IMG/VR virus record: IMGVR_UViG_3300020442_000011
Location: 48,001 to 112,000 of that record
Length of the DNA stretch: 64,000 nt
DNA from: a virus
Direction: 5' to 3' (one strand)
Shown: positions 9,038-17,638 of the stretch, piece by piece
Position numbering within the stretch: the first letter of the stretch is position 1
Layout of the letters: every line of letters starts with the position of its first letter
Program-made: the position numbers and the translations under genes
Notes under the pieces: generated by a model
Database searches by the model: none
The model's input: only the letters and a program-made list of their open reading frames with translations
What the model was told of the DNA's origin: nothing

Positions 9038-10441
9038 ATGAAAAACCAGCAAAAAGAAGTTATCGAGTTTTACAAGGATGTATTAGGTACGCTCAGGGTC
9101 ACGACGGATAAAGATGGTCGTGCCCATGTAGTGAATCCAGATGGCAGTCAGAACCCAGCTGTGCTTGATGACAAACCGTTGTATCTTCCTTTGGAGCGCA
9201 CGCTCGAAGGCGACATGATGGAGACAGTCCAACATTTCCATCCACTGTGCGAAGCACTCCCACGTAAGACCCCATCTCCTGTTATCACTTATATGACACG
9301 CCTTGCTCGTATGAACATTGGTGTGTACCTTAAAGTGATCCTTGAGCGGTTGATGGAGGTGGCAGCTGACCCAACACTGCATGATGAGTTACCCCCAGAA
9401 ACTACGGACTACTTCAAGAAACTTCAACATGTTGATGAGAAAGTTTACAAGAAACTTGTAAAACTCATCAATGCGGCGATCAAGAAGAATTCGTTGGTGA
9501 CTGTTTACTGTAAGCCTGGCGGTAAGTATCAGGGGGAAACAGTCACACGACTTTGTACTATTCGTTTCCCGATTATCGGGATGATCGAAGCAAACGACAC
9601 GAAGATACTGAAGTTCAGTTTCTCTTCTGAGCGGGAACGTAAGACAATCCTCGCGTTGTTCAACTACGTTCTTCCAGGTGGTTATGATCACGAAACATAC
9701 AGTGCGCCTAGTGAGTCTAAGGTGGCACCTTTCTTTGATTCGTTCATGTTGGCGTACGAGAAGGTAGTCCTCCAACTCAACGCTATCATCGACCGTCATG
9801 GTAAGTCCATGGAGTTCGGATTAGATCCGTTCCCCACAAAAGTATTCAAGAAGCTCGATCGTCTTCCTGAGTATTACAATAATTCACGTATCCCGACCTT
9901 GCCTGGTAATGAAGGCGGTAAGCGTGAAATGGAAGAGATCAAGAAGACGAACCATGCCAAGACACAGGCGCCCAATCCAAACCAAGCGCAGAGTGCACCA
10001 CCTTGGAACGATTCAGCTCCAACATCGCCTCAACAACCCCAGCAAGCTGCACCACCCGCTAACACGAGTGGTAATATCTCGATGGACGAATATCGCCGTC
10101 GGATGAGCGGGCAACAGCCTCAGCCGAACAATTGGCAACAGCCTCAGCAGCCCCAACCACACTGGCAGGCCCCGGCATATCCTCAACAGATGCCTTACCA
10201 GCAACCTCAACAGCCTCAGCAACCTCATAACCCGTTTAGTGTATTGATGCCTGGACATCACCCACAACAAATGGGTTATCCGCAATACCAGCAGCCACAA
10301 ACGCCTTTTGAAGCAGCAATGAATAATCAAATGGGTGGTTATCCCCAACAAGGGGCTGGTTATCAACCTCAGCAACCGGGTGCAGGGTATCAACAACCCC
10401 ATCCACAGAATGGTTATAACGGTGGTGGCGACATCATCTAA
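9038..10441 (+). CDS. Conserved protein (phiKZ gp70-like) with Q/P/G/Y-rich C-terminal region
   Basis: 467 aa, GGAG RBS; last ~160 aa low complexity. Confidence 0.8.
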   Translation: MKNQQKEVIEFYKDVLGTLRVTTDKDGRAHVVNPDGSQNPAVLDDKPLYLPLERTLEGDMMETVQHFHPLCEALPRKTPSPVITYMTRLARMNIGVYLKVILERLMEVAADPTLHDELPPETTDYFKKLQHVDEKVYKKLVKLINAAIKKNSLVTVYCKPGGKYQGETVTRLCTIRFPIIGMIEANDTKILKFSFSSERERKTILALFNYVLPGGYDHETYSAPSESKVAPFFDSFMLAYEKVVLQLNAIIDRHGKSMEFGLDPFPTKVFKKLDRLPEYYNNSRIPTLPGNEGGKREMEEIKKTNHAKTQAPNPNQAQSAPPWNDSAPTSPQQPQQAAPPANTSGNISMDEYRRRMSGQQPQPNNWQQPQQPQPHWQAPAYPQQMPYQQPQQPQQPHNPFSVLMPGHHPQQMGYPQYQQPQTPFEAAMNNQMGGYPQQGAGYQPQQPGAGYQQPHPQNGYNGGGDII

Positions 10442-10444
10442 AAC

Positions 10445-10483
10445 GACATAAGTAGATACCCAGCAAGGGTATCTACTTTATGT
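10445..10483. terminator. Bidirectional terminator between convergent genes
   Basis: GACATA-AGTAGATACCC...GGGTATCTACT-TTATG. Confidence 0.8.
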
Positions 10484-10487
10484 TCCT

Positions 10488-10853
10488 TTAACTTCTTTTT
10501 GTCAGGTATTGTTTCTTAATCTGTTCTACCAGTAATTCGGGAGGTATCATTAACGATACTTGGTGAATACCCGAATATTCGTCGTGGAGTTCTTTACCGA
10601 AGTGTGAAGGACTATCGTAGTGATTAAGACGCATGATCAACCAGTGTTGACTTACAGGGTGTCCCAGCTTATGTAATAATCCATAGAGATCCCCTTCAAA
10701 CCGATAAAGGTCATCTGCCGACACTGCGGTTACCTGGGTGTCTGGACTCTGTCTGAGTAAAGGGAGATGTTGTTCTAATGTGACCCGGAAAAGAGGATCA
10801 AAAAAGACATTACTGCCTGGTCGCCGTATCGTTGTTTGAACGGTGAGTGCCAT
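10488..10853 (-). CDS. Putative baseplate wedge protein (T4 gp53/LysM-like)
   Basis: YRFEGDLYGLL...HWLIMRLN resembles gp53-type motif; ATG 10853 with GAGG RBS. Confidence 0.55.
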   Translation of the reverse strand: MALTVQTTIRRPGSNVFFDPLFRVTLEQHLPLLRQSPDTQVTAVSADDLYRFEGDLYGLLHKLGHPVSQHWLIMRLNHYDSPSHFGKELHDEYSGIHQVSLMIPPELLVEQIKKQYLTKRS

Positions 10854-10876
10854 GTTAAAACCTCGAGTTATTAAAT

Positions 10877-10895
10877 CTATATCATCAACAGGTAA
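10877..10895 (+). promoter_or_regulatory. Early (virion RNAP) promoter, degenerate
   Basis: TAAATCTATATCAT, matches the CTATATTAC family elsewhere in the window; upstream of nvRNAP beta. Confidence 0.5.
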
Positions 10896-10925
10896 GAACC
10901 AAAACACATTAAGGAGTAGGGAAAG

Positions 10926-13034
10926 ATGGGTATCAACAAATCGCGCGAGTTACGCCCTGAACTCCTAGGGATCAACGTACTCGATCCATATTTCTCAACA
11001 TCCACTGCTGCCCGTAAAGCCATGATGGCTACCCATTTAGGTCAGGCACCAGTAGTAGAGGGATCAGAACCTAGAAAAATCTTCTCAGGGGCTGAGTTCC
11101 ACGCAGCTGAAGACGTGTTTGATATTCGGTTCCCGTGTCATGCGTCCATTATCGCAGTTGTTCGTAAATACCAGTCGGGTGGTATGGGTTACGGCGCAAT
11201 TCCAGAGAACCCAGTTACAACGATCATCTACAAAGATTATTACAGTAAAAACATCCGTGTCGGTGTTATCCATGTACCGAAGTATTTGAGTTTCCACCAG
11301 GATTTCGGTTATCCTCTGAAACTCAACCGAGAGGTTTGGGATCGGCTTGCACCCAAACAATTATTCGAAAAAGATACGGTGATCGCCACATCGCCCGCAG
11401 TTAAAGAAGATGGCTCTTATGGTCTAGGTGTTAATGCACCGACGATCTTCTTAACTGATCCAGGTACCATCGAAGATGGCATCGTCATGTCTGAATCGAT
11501 GTGTAAGAAAATGAGTCCTCGTGGTTATGGAACACTTGTCGGTAGTTGGGGCAAGAAAACATTCCCTCTAAACCTACATGGTGATTCTACCCATTACAAG
11601 CCCTTCCCTGACATTGGTGATATCATCCCGGCAGACGGTTTAGTGATGGCGTTTCGTGACATCGATCAGCGTCTGGGTGTGGCTGACATGACACCGCGTG
11701 CGACACGCACGGTGGATCACTCATATGACAAGCCTCTATGGGGGCGTCCTGGCGCAAGGGTGGTTGATGTTAAGGTTTATCATGACGATCGGCTAAACCC
11801 ATCTTTTACCCCGGTAGGTATGGATACGCACGCACGTAAGTATTATGACGGTCTTGCAACCTACTACCGTACGATTATGAAAATCTACCTCGACTTACAA
11901 AGAAGTTGGGGTAAGCATAAGCTGGAACTCACACCTGAGTTCGGTAGTCTCCTAGTAGAGGCCCAGACTCACTTACCTGTATCTCCCAGCGAGCGTAAGC
12001 TCACACGCATGAACCGTCTAGAGACTTTAGATGAATGGCGTGTCGAGATAACCTACGAATGGGTAATGCCTTTCAACGAAGGCTACAAACTGACGGACCT
12101 CTTTGGGGGCAAAGGAGTTAATTGTAAAACTCGTCCCGACCACGAAATGCCAAAAGACAAAAATGGTAATCGTGCAGATATTGTCATTTACGGTATTTCT
12201 ACAATCAACCGTACTAACCTAGGTCGTTGGTTTGAACAGTTTACCAACGCAGCGTTCCGTGATCTTGTTCAACGCATGCGGCGTGAGTGTGGCCTCGATC
12301 ACTTACGTACACCTACGTCTATTGAAGCGCAACGTGCCGTCAGTAACAAAGAATGGGTATCCATGGCGTTTAATCGCTTGCTCAAATTCTATTACATGAC
12401 AGTGCCGCTAATGGCCAAATCGATGGAGGAACATCCAAGTCCAGCTTGTCACCTTAAACACATCTTGATTGAAGGTGGTTTTCTCCATCACATGGCAGAT
12501 AACCCAATCAGCGAGATGGACCAGGTGAGAAACATCATGAAGAGTGAGTTCAAACCTCATTATGATAAAATCACCTTTTACAACAATTTTGGTGAGGAAG
12601 TCGAATCGGAACTCCCTGCACTGATCGGTGATATCTATTTCATCGCCCTCGAAAAGAATGGCGAGGATTATTCAGCAGCTGCTTCAGTTAAAGTTCAGCA
12701 CTTTGGTGTTCCTGCCAAACTAAGTCAGAACGACCGCAACACAACACCCGCACGTCAAACGTCAGTGCGGGGTATCGGTGAATCAGAAAGCCGTTCTCTA
12801 TGTTCCACCATTGGTCCAGAACCTACTATCGAAATCATGGACCAATCCAATAACCCCGAAGCACACCGTTTCGGTATCATGAATATCTTAACCCACCCAA
12901 CGCCTACTAACATCGAAAGACTTGTTGATCGTAACAAAGTTCCTTTCGGTGGTTCTCGACCAGTAAACCTGTTTAAACATATCCTTGCCTCGCGCGGTCT
13001 AAGATTTTTCTATAAACCGAATCAGGAAGATTGA
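10926..13034 (+). CDS. nvRNAP beta subunit C-terminal part (phiKZ gp71-73-like), uninterrupted
   Basis: MMATHLGQA, IEDGIVMSES, GYKLTDLFGGKGV, RGIGESE: RpoB C-terminal motifs. Confidence 0.9.
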   Translation: MGINKSRELRPELLGINVLDPYFSTSTAARKAMMATHLGQAPVVEGSEPRKIFSGAEFHAAEDVFDIRFPCHASIIAVVRKYQSGGMGYGAIPENPVTTIIYKDYYSKNIRVGVIHVPKYLSFHQDFGYPLKLNREVWDRLAPKQLFEKDTVIATSPAVKEDGSYGLGVNAPTIFLTDPGTIEDGIVMSESMCKKMSPRGYGTLVGSWGKKTFPLNLHGDSTHYKPFPDIGDIIPADGLVMAFRDIDQRLGVADMTPRATRTVDHSYDKPLWGRPGARVVDVKVYHDDRLNPSFTPVGMDTHARKYYDGLATYYRTIMKIYLDLQRSWGKHKLELTPEFGSLLVEAQTHLPVSPSERKLTRMNRLETLDEWRVEITYEWVMPFNEGYKLTDLFGGKGVNCKTRPDHEMPKDKNGNRADIVIYGISTINRTNLGRWFEQFTNAAFRDLVQRMRRECGLDHLRTPTSIEAQRAVSNKEWVSMAFNRLLKFYYMTVPLMAKSMEEHPSPACHLKHILIEGGFLHHMADNPISEMDQVRNIMKSEFKPHYDKITFYNNFGEEVESELPALIGDIYFIALEKNGEDYSAAASVKVQHFGVPAKLSQNDRNTTPARQTSVRGIGESESRSLCSTIGPEPTIEIMDQSNNPEAHRFGIMNILTHPTPTNIERLVDRNKVPFGGSRPVNLFKHILASRGLRFFYKPNQED

Positions 13035-13037
13035 TCG

Positions 13038-15032
13038 ATGATGTCACGTTACACCATGCGAGACTTGATCCACTTGTCTCCACAACAACTCTACCGCGAG
13101 TTACCCAAGGAAAAAGAAATCACCGTTGAGTTTGACGACGGTGAATTAATCACTCACACCAACATAACCATACTCAGCACATACATGTGCTTCCCACTCA
13201 CAAAGTTCCCCGATGTTCCTATTCTAAAAGAATATCATCTTGGGAATAACGTCCCGACAGGCGGGCTCATCAATAAGCGCCTGAATAGTGTTTTATGGGG
13301 TATCCATAAACATTCGGGGGAACAAGTCGACCCTGAATATCTCAGTAAGTTGGCGATTGTTTCAGTCAATAAACTATTCAATGACATCACGACATATGGC
13401 GCACCCAGTTTCTCGTCGATGTCGATGTTCGACCTTTATGAAATAATGGAACTTCCTGAGTTACAGGAAGCGCTCAGTGGGGTGGAACCCACTGAATTTT
13501 CGATCAACAAGAAAGTTTATCCTGTTGTTCAGAAAATCCTTAAAGACCCGGCAATCCTGCCGCATAACGCTATCATGAAATCGTCCCTGGCGGGCACATC
13601 TAAGAATGGTCAACTTTTACAAGTGTTTGGCCCCTTAGGTTTCCGTACAGATATCAACAAAGAGCTCTTCCGCTATCCAATAGTTAACCCGCTTGCTGAG
13701 GGCGTCGGAGATTATGAAGGTGCTCTAAAGGAATCGCGTACCGGTACAATCGCACTCCTTAACAATAAGGATCTGTTGCGTAAGACTGAATATTTCAATC
13801 GACAAACGCAATTGATTGCACAATACGTGATGAATCTACATCACTTTACTGATTGTGGTACTGACATCCGTCTTCCTTATCTGGTAACGGAAGATAACCT
13901 CGAGACGCTCAAGGGTAAATATTACCGTGTTGAACAAAATGGTGAAGACACATGGTTGAAGGGCGATGAAAAACATCTTATCAATCAAGTGATCTTCATC
14001 CGTTCTGTGTTGGGGTGTAAACATTCCGACCCGCAAGGTGTTTGCGGTATGTGTTATGGACGAATGCAGTTCTCCATTCCTTATCGCACTAACATCGGTA
14101 ATGTCAGTGCCGTAGTGGTGGGTGACAAAATAACATCGAGCGTATTGTCAACAAAACACCATGTGGCATCCTCACAGGTAGAACACTTTCATCTTGGTCC
14201 GCGTGAACTCGAGTTTATGCGGTATGGGGAACAAGAAGAAACGTTGTACCTCAGCTACAAAGTAGCTAAAGCGGATCGGGTGTATATGACGGTGTATGCT
14301 GACCAGGTACCTAACTTGGCCAACATTCTGATGGTACCGTCGTTAGATGAATTCCCAACCACATCGGTATCACAGCTCACCCAAGCTGCGTTTCAATACG
14401 AAAACAAGGAGGGCTTCCTTGTGGGTGACGTTGTTCAGACATCCCTGTACAACCGTCATGCGAGTTTCTCTAAGGAACTCTTGGCTCATATTCGAGAATA
14501 CAAATGGGAGATTGATGATGATGGTAATGTTCGCGTTGACCTCACTAATTTCGCACGTGATCGACCGCTACTTACGCTACCGTTTAAGAACGTCGACATG
14601 TATGATGTGATGGTAAAGATAAAATCTTTCCTTCACTCCGGCTCTGACGGTCAGAACAAAAAGTTAGCAGGGTATTCTAAGAATAAACGGGGTGAACAGA
14701 ACTTCCTGAAAAATTATGATAATCCTGTTGATGCACTCACTGTGTTCGCCAACATGCTAAATGAGAAGCTTTATGTGAACTTAGTTCACGTGGAAATTCT
14801 ATTATATGCAATGATGGTGCGTAAACGCGGTGAAGACTATCGTTTACCTAAACCAGGTGTTACTGGGCAATTTGACAAATATAACATCATCATGGCAAAG
14901 CGGTCTCTATCAGCCGCTATGGCATTCGAGAAGCAAGATAAGATCCTTTCTTCCGCAGATGTTCTGAGTCTATCGCCTCGTATCGACCATCCCTATGATA
15001 TTGTCGTCATGGGAGGTGACTACGCTAATTAG
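13038..15032 (+). CDS. nvRNAP beta' subunit C-terminal part (phiKZ gp74-like)
   Basis: GFRTD, ESRTG, DCGT, RSVLGC, GVCGMCYG, VLSTKH: RpoC bridge-helix, Zn-site and trigger-loop motifs. Confidence 0.9.
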   Translation: MMSRYTMRDLIHLSPQQLYRELPKEKEITVEFDDGELITHTNITILSTYMCFPLTKFPDVPILKEYHLGNNVPTGGLINKRLNSVLWGIHKHSGEQVDPEYLSKLAIVSVNKLFNDITTYGAPSFSSMSMFDLYEIMELPELQEALSGVEPTEFSINKKVYPVVQKILKDPAILPHNAIMKSSLAGTSKNGQLLQVFGPLGFRTDINKELFRYPIVNPLAEGVGDYEGALKESRTGTIALLNNKDLLRKTEYFNRQTQLIAQYVMNLHHFTDCGTDIRLPYLVTEDNLETLKGKYYRVEQNGEDTWLKGDEKHLINQVIFIRSVLGCKHSDPQGVCGMCYGRMQFSIPYRTNIGNVSAVVVGDKITSSVLSTKHHVASSQVEHFHLGPRELEFMRYGEQEETLYLSYKVAKADRVYMTVYADQVPNLANILMVPSLDEFPTTSVSQLTQAAFQYENKEGFLVGDVVQTSLYNRHASFSKELLAHIREYKWEIDDDGNVRVDLTNFARDRPLLTLPFKNVDMYDVMVKIKSFLHSGSDGQNKKLAGYSKNKRGEQNFLKNYDNPVDALTVFANMLNEKLYVNLVHVEILLYAMMVRKRGEDYRLPKPGVTGQFDKYNIIMAKRSLSAAMAFEKQDKILSSADVLSLSPRIDHPYDIVVMGGDYAN

Positions 15033-15042
15033 GGAAACGGAG

Positions 15043-15064
15043 TGCGGGGGATACGTCCCCCGCA
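15043..15064 (+). promoter_or_regulatory. GC hairpin with UACG tetraloop before helicase
   Basis: TGCGGGGGA-TACG-TCCCCCGCA, no U tract. Confidence 0.55.
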
Positions 15065-15073
15065 GTATTAACC

Positions 15074-16612
15074 ATGAACAATTTAAAGTTGGATGTTTAC
15101 TCACACGGGGTACGCCTACATGGCTACACCCGTAACCTCTTTGGTGAGATCGTTCATTTTTTGAGTCGTTTGGAACTAAAAGAGGATAAACGACTACCTC
15201 GTCACCAAGGTGGTGGTATGGTGACCGTGGTGAGAAAGAAGTTTTTTGGTATTTTGAATTCTAAGCGTGAGATATACATCCATCGACATCACCTAGAAGC
15301 ACTATTGACGTTTCTAAAGGGATGTGGTTTAACCGAACAAAATTTTATCATTGAATACATTGACCCACCTAAGGGTCAGCGTATAGAAGGTGTGGAAATA
15401 TTTGATCACTTTGTTGAGAGGGACTATCAAGGTATCCTGATACCCGAACTTGCTGAAGATGTACAACGATCACGTAAAGTGGATTTGGCCACGGGTTTGG
15501 GTAAAACGTTCTGTTCATTAAAAGCGTGTCTTCTTAGAGGTGAACGTTTCTCTGTAATGCTTGCCCCTAAATATTTCGGTCTATGGATCGGAGCATTAAA
15601 TGATACGTTCAAGACCTTTAAAGATGTACCAGGACAATACATCACTGTGTCTGGTGGTAATGAATTGCGTATGGTGATGCAGCAAGCACTGGACGGAACA
15701 CTCGAAGCAAAAGCCATTATCATTTCAAACACAACGTACCGTAACTATATCGAAGCCTATGAGCAATTCGGTGAGAATATCGTTGACCATGGTTATCTGG
15801 TTCCACCTCAGCGATTCCATGAGCTTCTGGGTATAGGTACGCAGATCAACGATGAATTTCATGAGGATTTAGGTTTAACCTTCAGGATAGACTGTTTTAC
15901 GAATATCAAGAAACAGCTCTATTTGTCCGCTACGCCGTTTAATGGTGATCGGTATGTCACAGATATGGTGGATGTCATGTTGCCTCCTGAGACGTACTGT
16001 ACAATCCCTGAGCCCCCTAAATACATCAACGTATTGGAACTTCTCTACCAAGACGATGTAGAAGCGCGTGATTACTTAACTCCCCAAAAGAATAGTTATA
16101 ATCATGCACGATACGAAAAGATGATGTTAAAGAAAAAACGCCGCCTCAACACGTATTTCAGCAAAGTTGCTAAGGTGGTTGATAAAGCATTTGTTAGTGA
16201 TTTTGAACCTGGTCAGAAGATGCTCATTCTGTGCGCGACAGTCGACTTCATTCAAGCATTGACAAAATATCTCAAGGTCCAATTCCCGAACGTCAAAATA
16301 GGACACTACGTTAGTGGTGTTTCTTACGACACGGTGAAAGCTCAGGACATCACCGTATCAACGATCAAGTCGGCTGGAACAGGGGTCGATATACGTAACC
16401 TTCGTGAAACCCTACTTTTACAGGCGGTAGGGTCGGATAAGGATAACATCCAAATCTTAGGACGTACACGTCCGTTAAAAGACTTCCCTGATGTCACACC
16501 GCGCCTTATCTACTTCACGTGTATTGACATCAGACAACACCGTAAATACGCTCAGAAGAAGAAAGAAACCTTCGCTGGTCGTATATTACATTCTCGCACG
16601 ATGCGCTTATAA
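15074..16612 (+). CDS. SF2 (UvsW-like) helicase
   Basis: ATGLGKT, DEFH, SAT, QILGRTR motifs. Confidence 0.9.
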   Translation: MNNLKLDVYSHGVRLHGYTRNLFGEIVHFLSRLELKEDKRLPRHQGGGMVTVVRKKFFGILNSKREIYIHRHHLEALLTFLKGCGLTEQNFIIEYIDPPKGQRIEGVEIFDHFVERDYQGILIPELAEDVQRSRKVDLATGLGKTFCSLKACLLRGERFSVMLAPKYFGLWIGALNDTFKTFKDVPGQYITVSGGNELRMVMQQALDGTLEAKAIIISNTTYRNYIEAYEQFGENIVDHGYLVPPQRFHELLGIGTQINDEFHEDLGLTFRIDCFTNIKKQLYLSATPFNGDRYVTDMVDVMLPPETYCTIPEPPKYINVLELLYQDDVEARDYLTPQKNSYNHARYEKMMLKKKRRLNTYFSKVAKVVDKAFVSDFEPGQKMLILCATVDFIQALTKYLKVQFPNVKIGHYVSGVSYDTVKAQDITVSTIKSAGTGVDIRNLRETLLLQAVGSDKDNIQILGRTRPLKDFPDVTPRLIYFTCIDIRQHRKYAQKKKETFAGRILHSRTMRL

Positions 16613-16629
16613 ACTGTTGGAGTTTCATC

Positions 16630-17076
16630 ATGGCTTTAAAGGTAGATCCCAGTAAAATGGAAAAGATTGTAGCATTGTTTTATGGTGCGCAATCAACTCG
16701 CGACAAAGTACCTGCAGGCGGCGCGCTTGATAAATTAACAATGGTGACGGCCACCCACGGTCGTTTGATGTTAGCGACAGAGGAGTTTCCCGTTGACTTC
16801 ATCATTCAGTCGTATGATCTTAAACCCAAAGAGGTATGTGATCAACGCAATGGTGAATTCATCCGTGAATTGGTGGATCACTTGGGTGCATCACATCTAT
16901 ACTCCGCTCTCACTGATGCCATGAAGAAGGATGGTTTCGTCATTGAGATTGTGGGTGACAAAGTCATTGCTAACCCTCTCAAGCAATCGTTTGGTGAAAC
17001 GGACGAGCAAGAACCGGCGCGTCCAGTAAGTAAAACATATTACGTGGAACATCACCCTGACGACGTGGTTGAATAA
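16630..17076 (+). CDS. Hypothetical protein
   Basis: 148 aa, GGAG RBS. Confidence 0.75.
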   Translation: MALKVDPSKMEKIVALFYGAQSTRDKVPAGGALDKLTMVTATHGRLMLATEEFPVDFIIQSYDLKPKEVCDQRNGEFIRELVDHLGASHLYSALTDAMKKDGFVIEIVGDKVIANPLKQSFGETDEQEPARPVSKTYYVEHHPDDVVE

Positions 17077-17078
17077 CG

Positions 17079-17118
17079 ACATAAAAAGACCCTTCCCACA
17101 TGGGAAGGGTCTATGTCC
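17079..17118. terminator. Bidirectional terminator
   Basis: GACATAAAA-AGACCCTTCCCA-CA-TGGGAAGGGTCT-ATGTC. Confidence 0.85.
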
Positions 17119-17132
17119 GACTAACCTTTTTT

Positions 17133-17567
17133 TTATTTTTTTGGCTTTGTTTGGTAGTGCTGGGCCTCGGCTTGAAGTTGACCTTCTAGTGATGACGTTG
17201 TCTTTTCGTATTGTCGGATATGAGCTTTAGCCATCTGGCAAAGCATCTCCGCATCATGGTACTCCATATCGAAGAAACCGTGAATGTCTAACCCAAAGTG
17301 TTCCTTTATCTTTAGATGATAGAACTTACGAAAATAGTCGAGCTTCAGGCTACCTTCATAGATGTCTTCCTTAGGATGATAGGCTACAAGCGCCAACGGG
17401 CGTTTCTGAGCCTTTTCAAGATCCGAGTGAGGAAAGATACCATATTGGTTCTGATAAGCCGTCTTGGTTAGTCTTTCGGCGGTTATAGAGGTCACAGCAG
17501 GAAGTGTCTTAGCTAGATTGATTAATTCGTTAACACCGCCCTTCGGTATGTACCCAAACGACAACAT
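17133..17567 (-). CDS. Tail-chaperone T-domain / T4 gp51-like ORF, probably reached by -1 frameshift
   Basis: HFGLDIHGFFDMEYHDAEML resembles TAC C-terminal motif; frame open 34 codons upstream of the ATG to the T8 tract; no SD before the ATG. Confidence 0.6.
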   Translation of the reverse strand: MLSFGYIPKGGVNELINLAKTLPAVTSITAERLTKTAYQNQYGIFPHSDLEKAQKRPLALVAYHPKEDIYEGSLKLDYFRKFYHLKIKEHFGLDIHGFFDMEYHDAEMLCQMAKAHIRQYEKTTSSLEGQLQAEAQHYQTKPKK

Positions 17568-17638
17568 TGTGACGTGGCCGTTTGGATCACTACTGTCTAT
17601 AGAAAGACGTGTATACCTTGGGTCAGTGTTAACGTCGT

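Noticed and set aside
10020-10420. CAG/CAA-rich repeats as CRISPR or satellite
   Set aside because: Imperfect and codon-phased; encodes the Q/P-rich tail
13032-13040. beta-C and beta'-C in frame across TGA TCG (similarly 22292-22306 and 47597-47605)
   Set aside because: Each downstream gene has its own ATG and RBS-like sequence; in-frame phase occurs by chance one time in three
10926-15032. Additional introns or inteins in RNAP genes
   Set aside because: ORFs are continuous, of expected size and lack intein motifs
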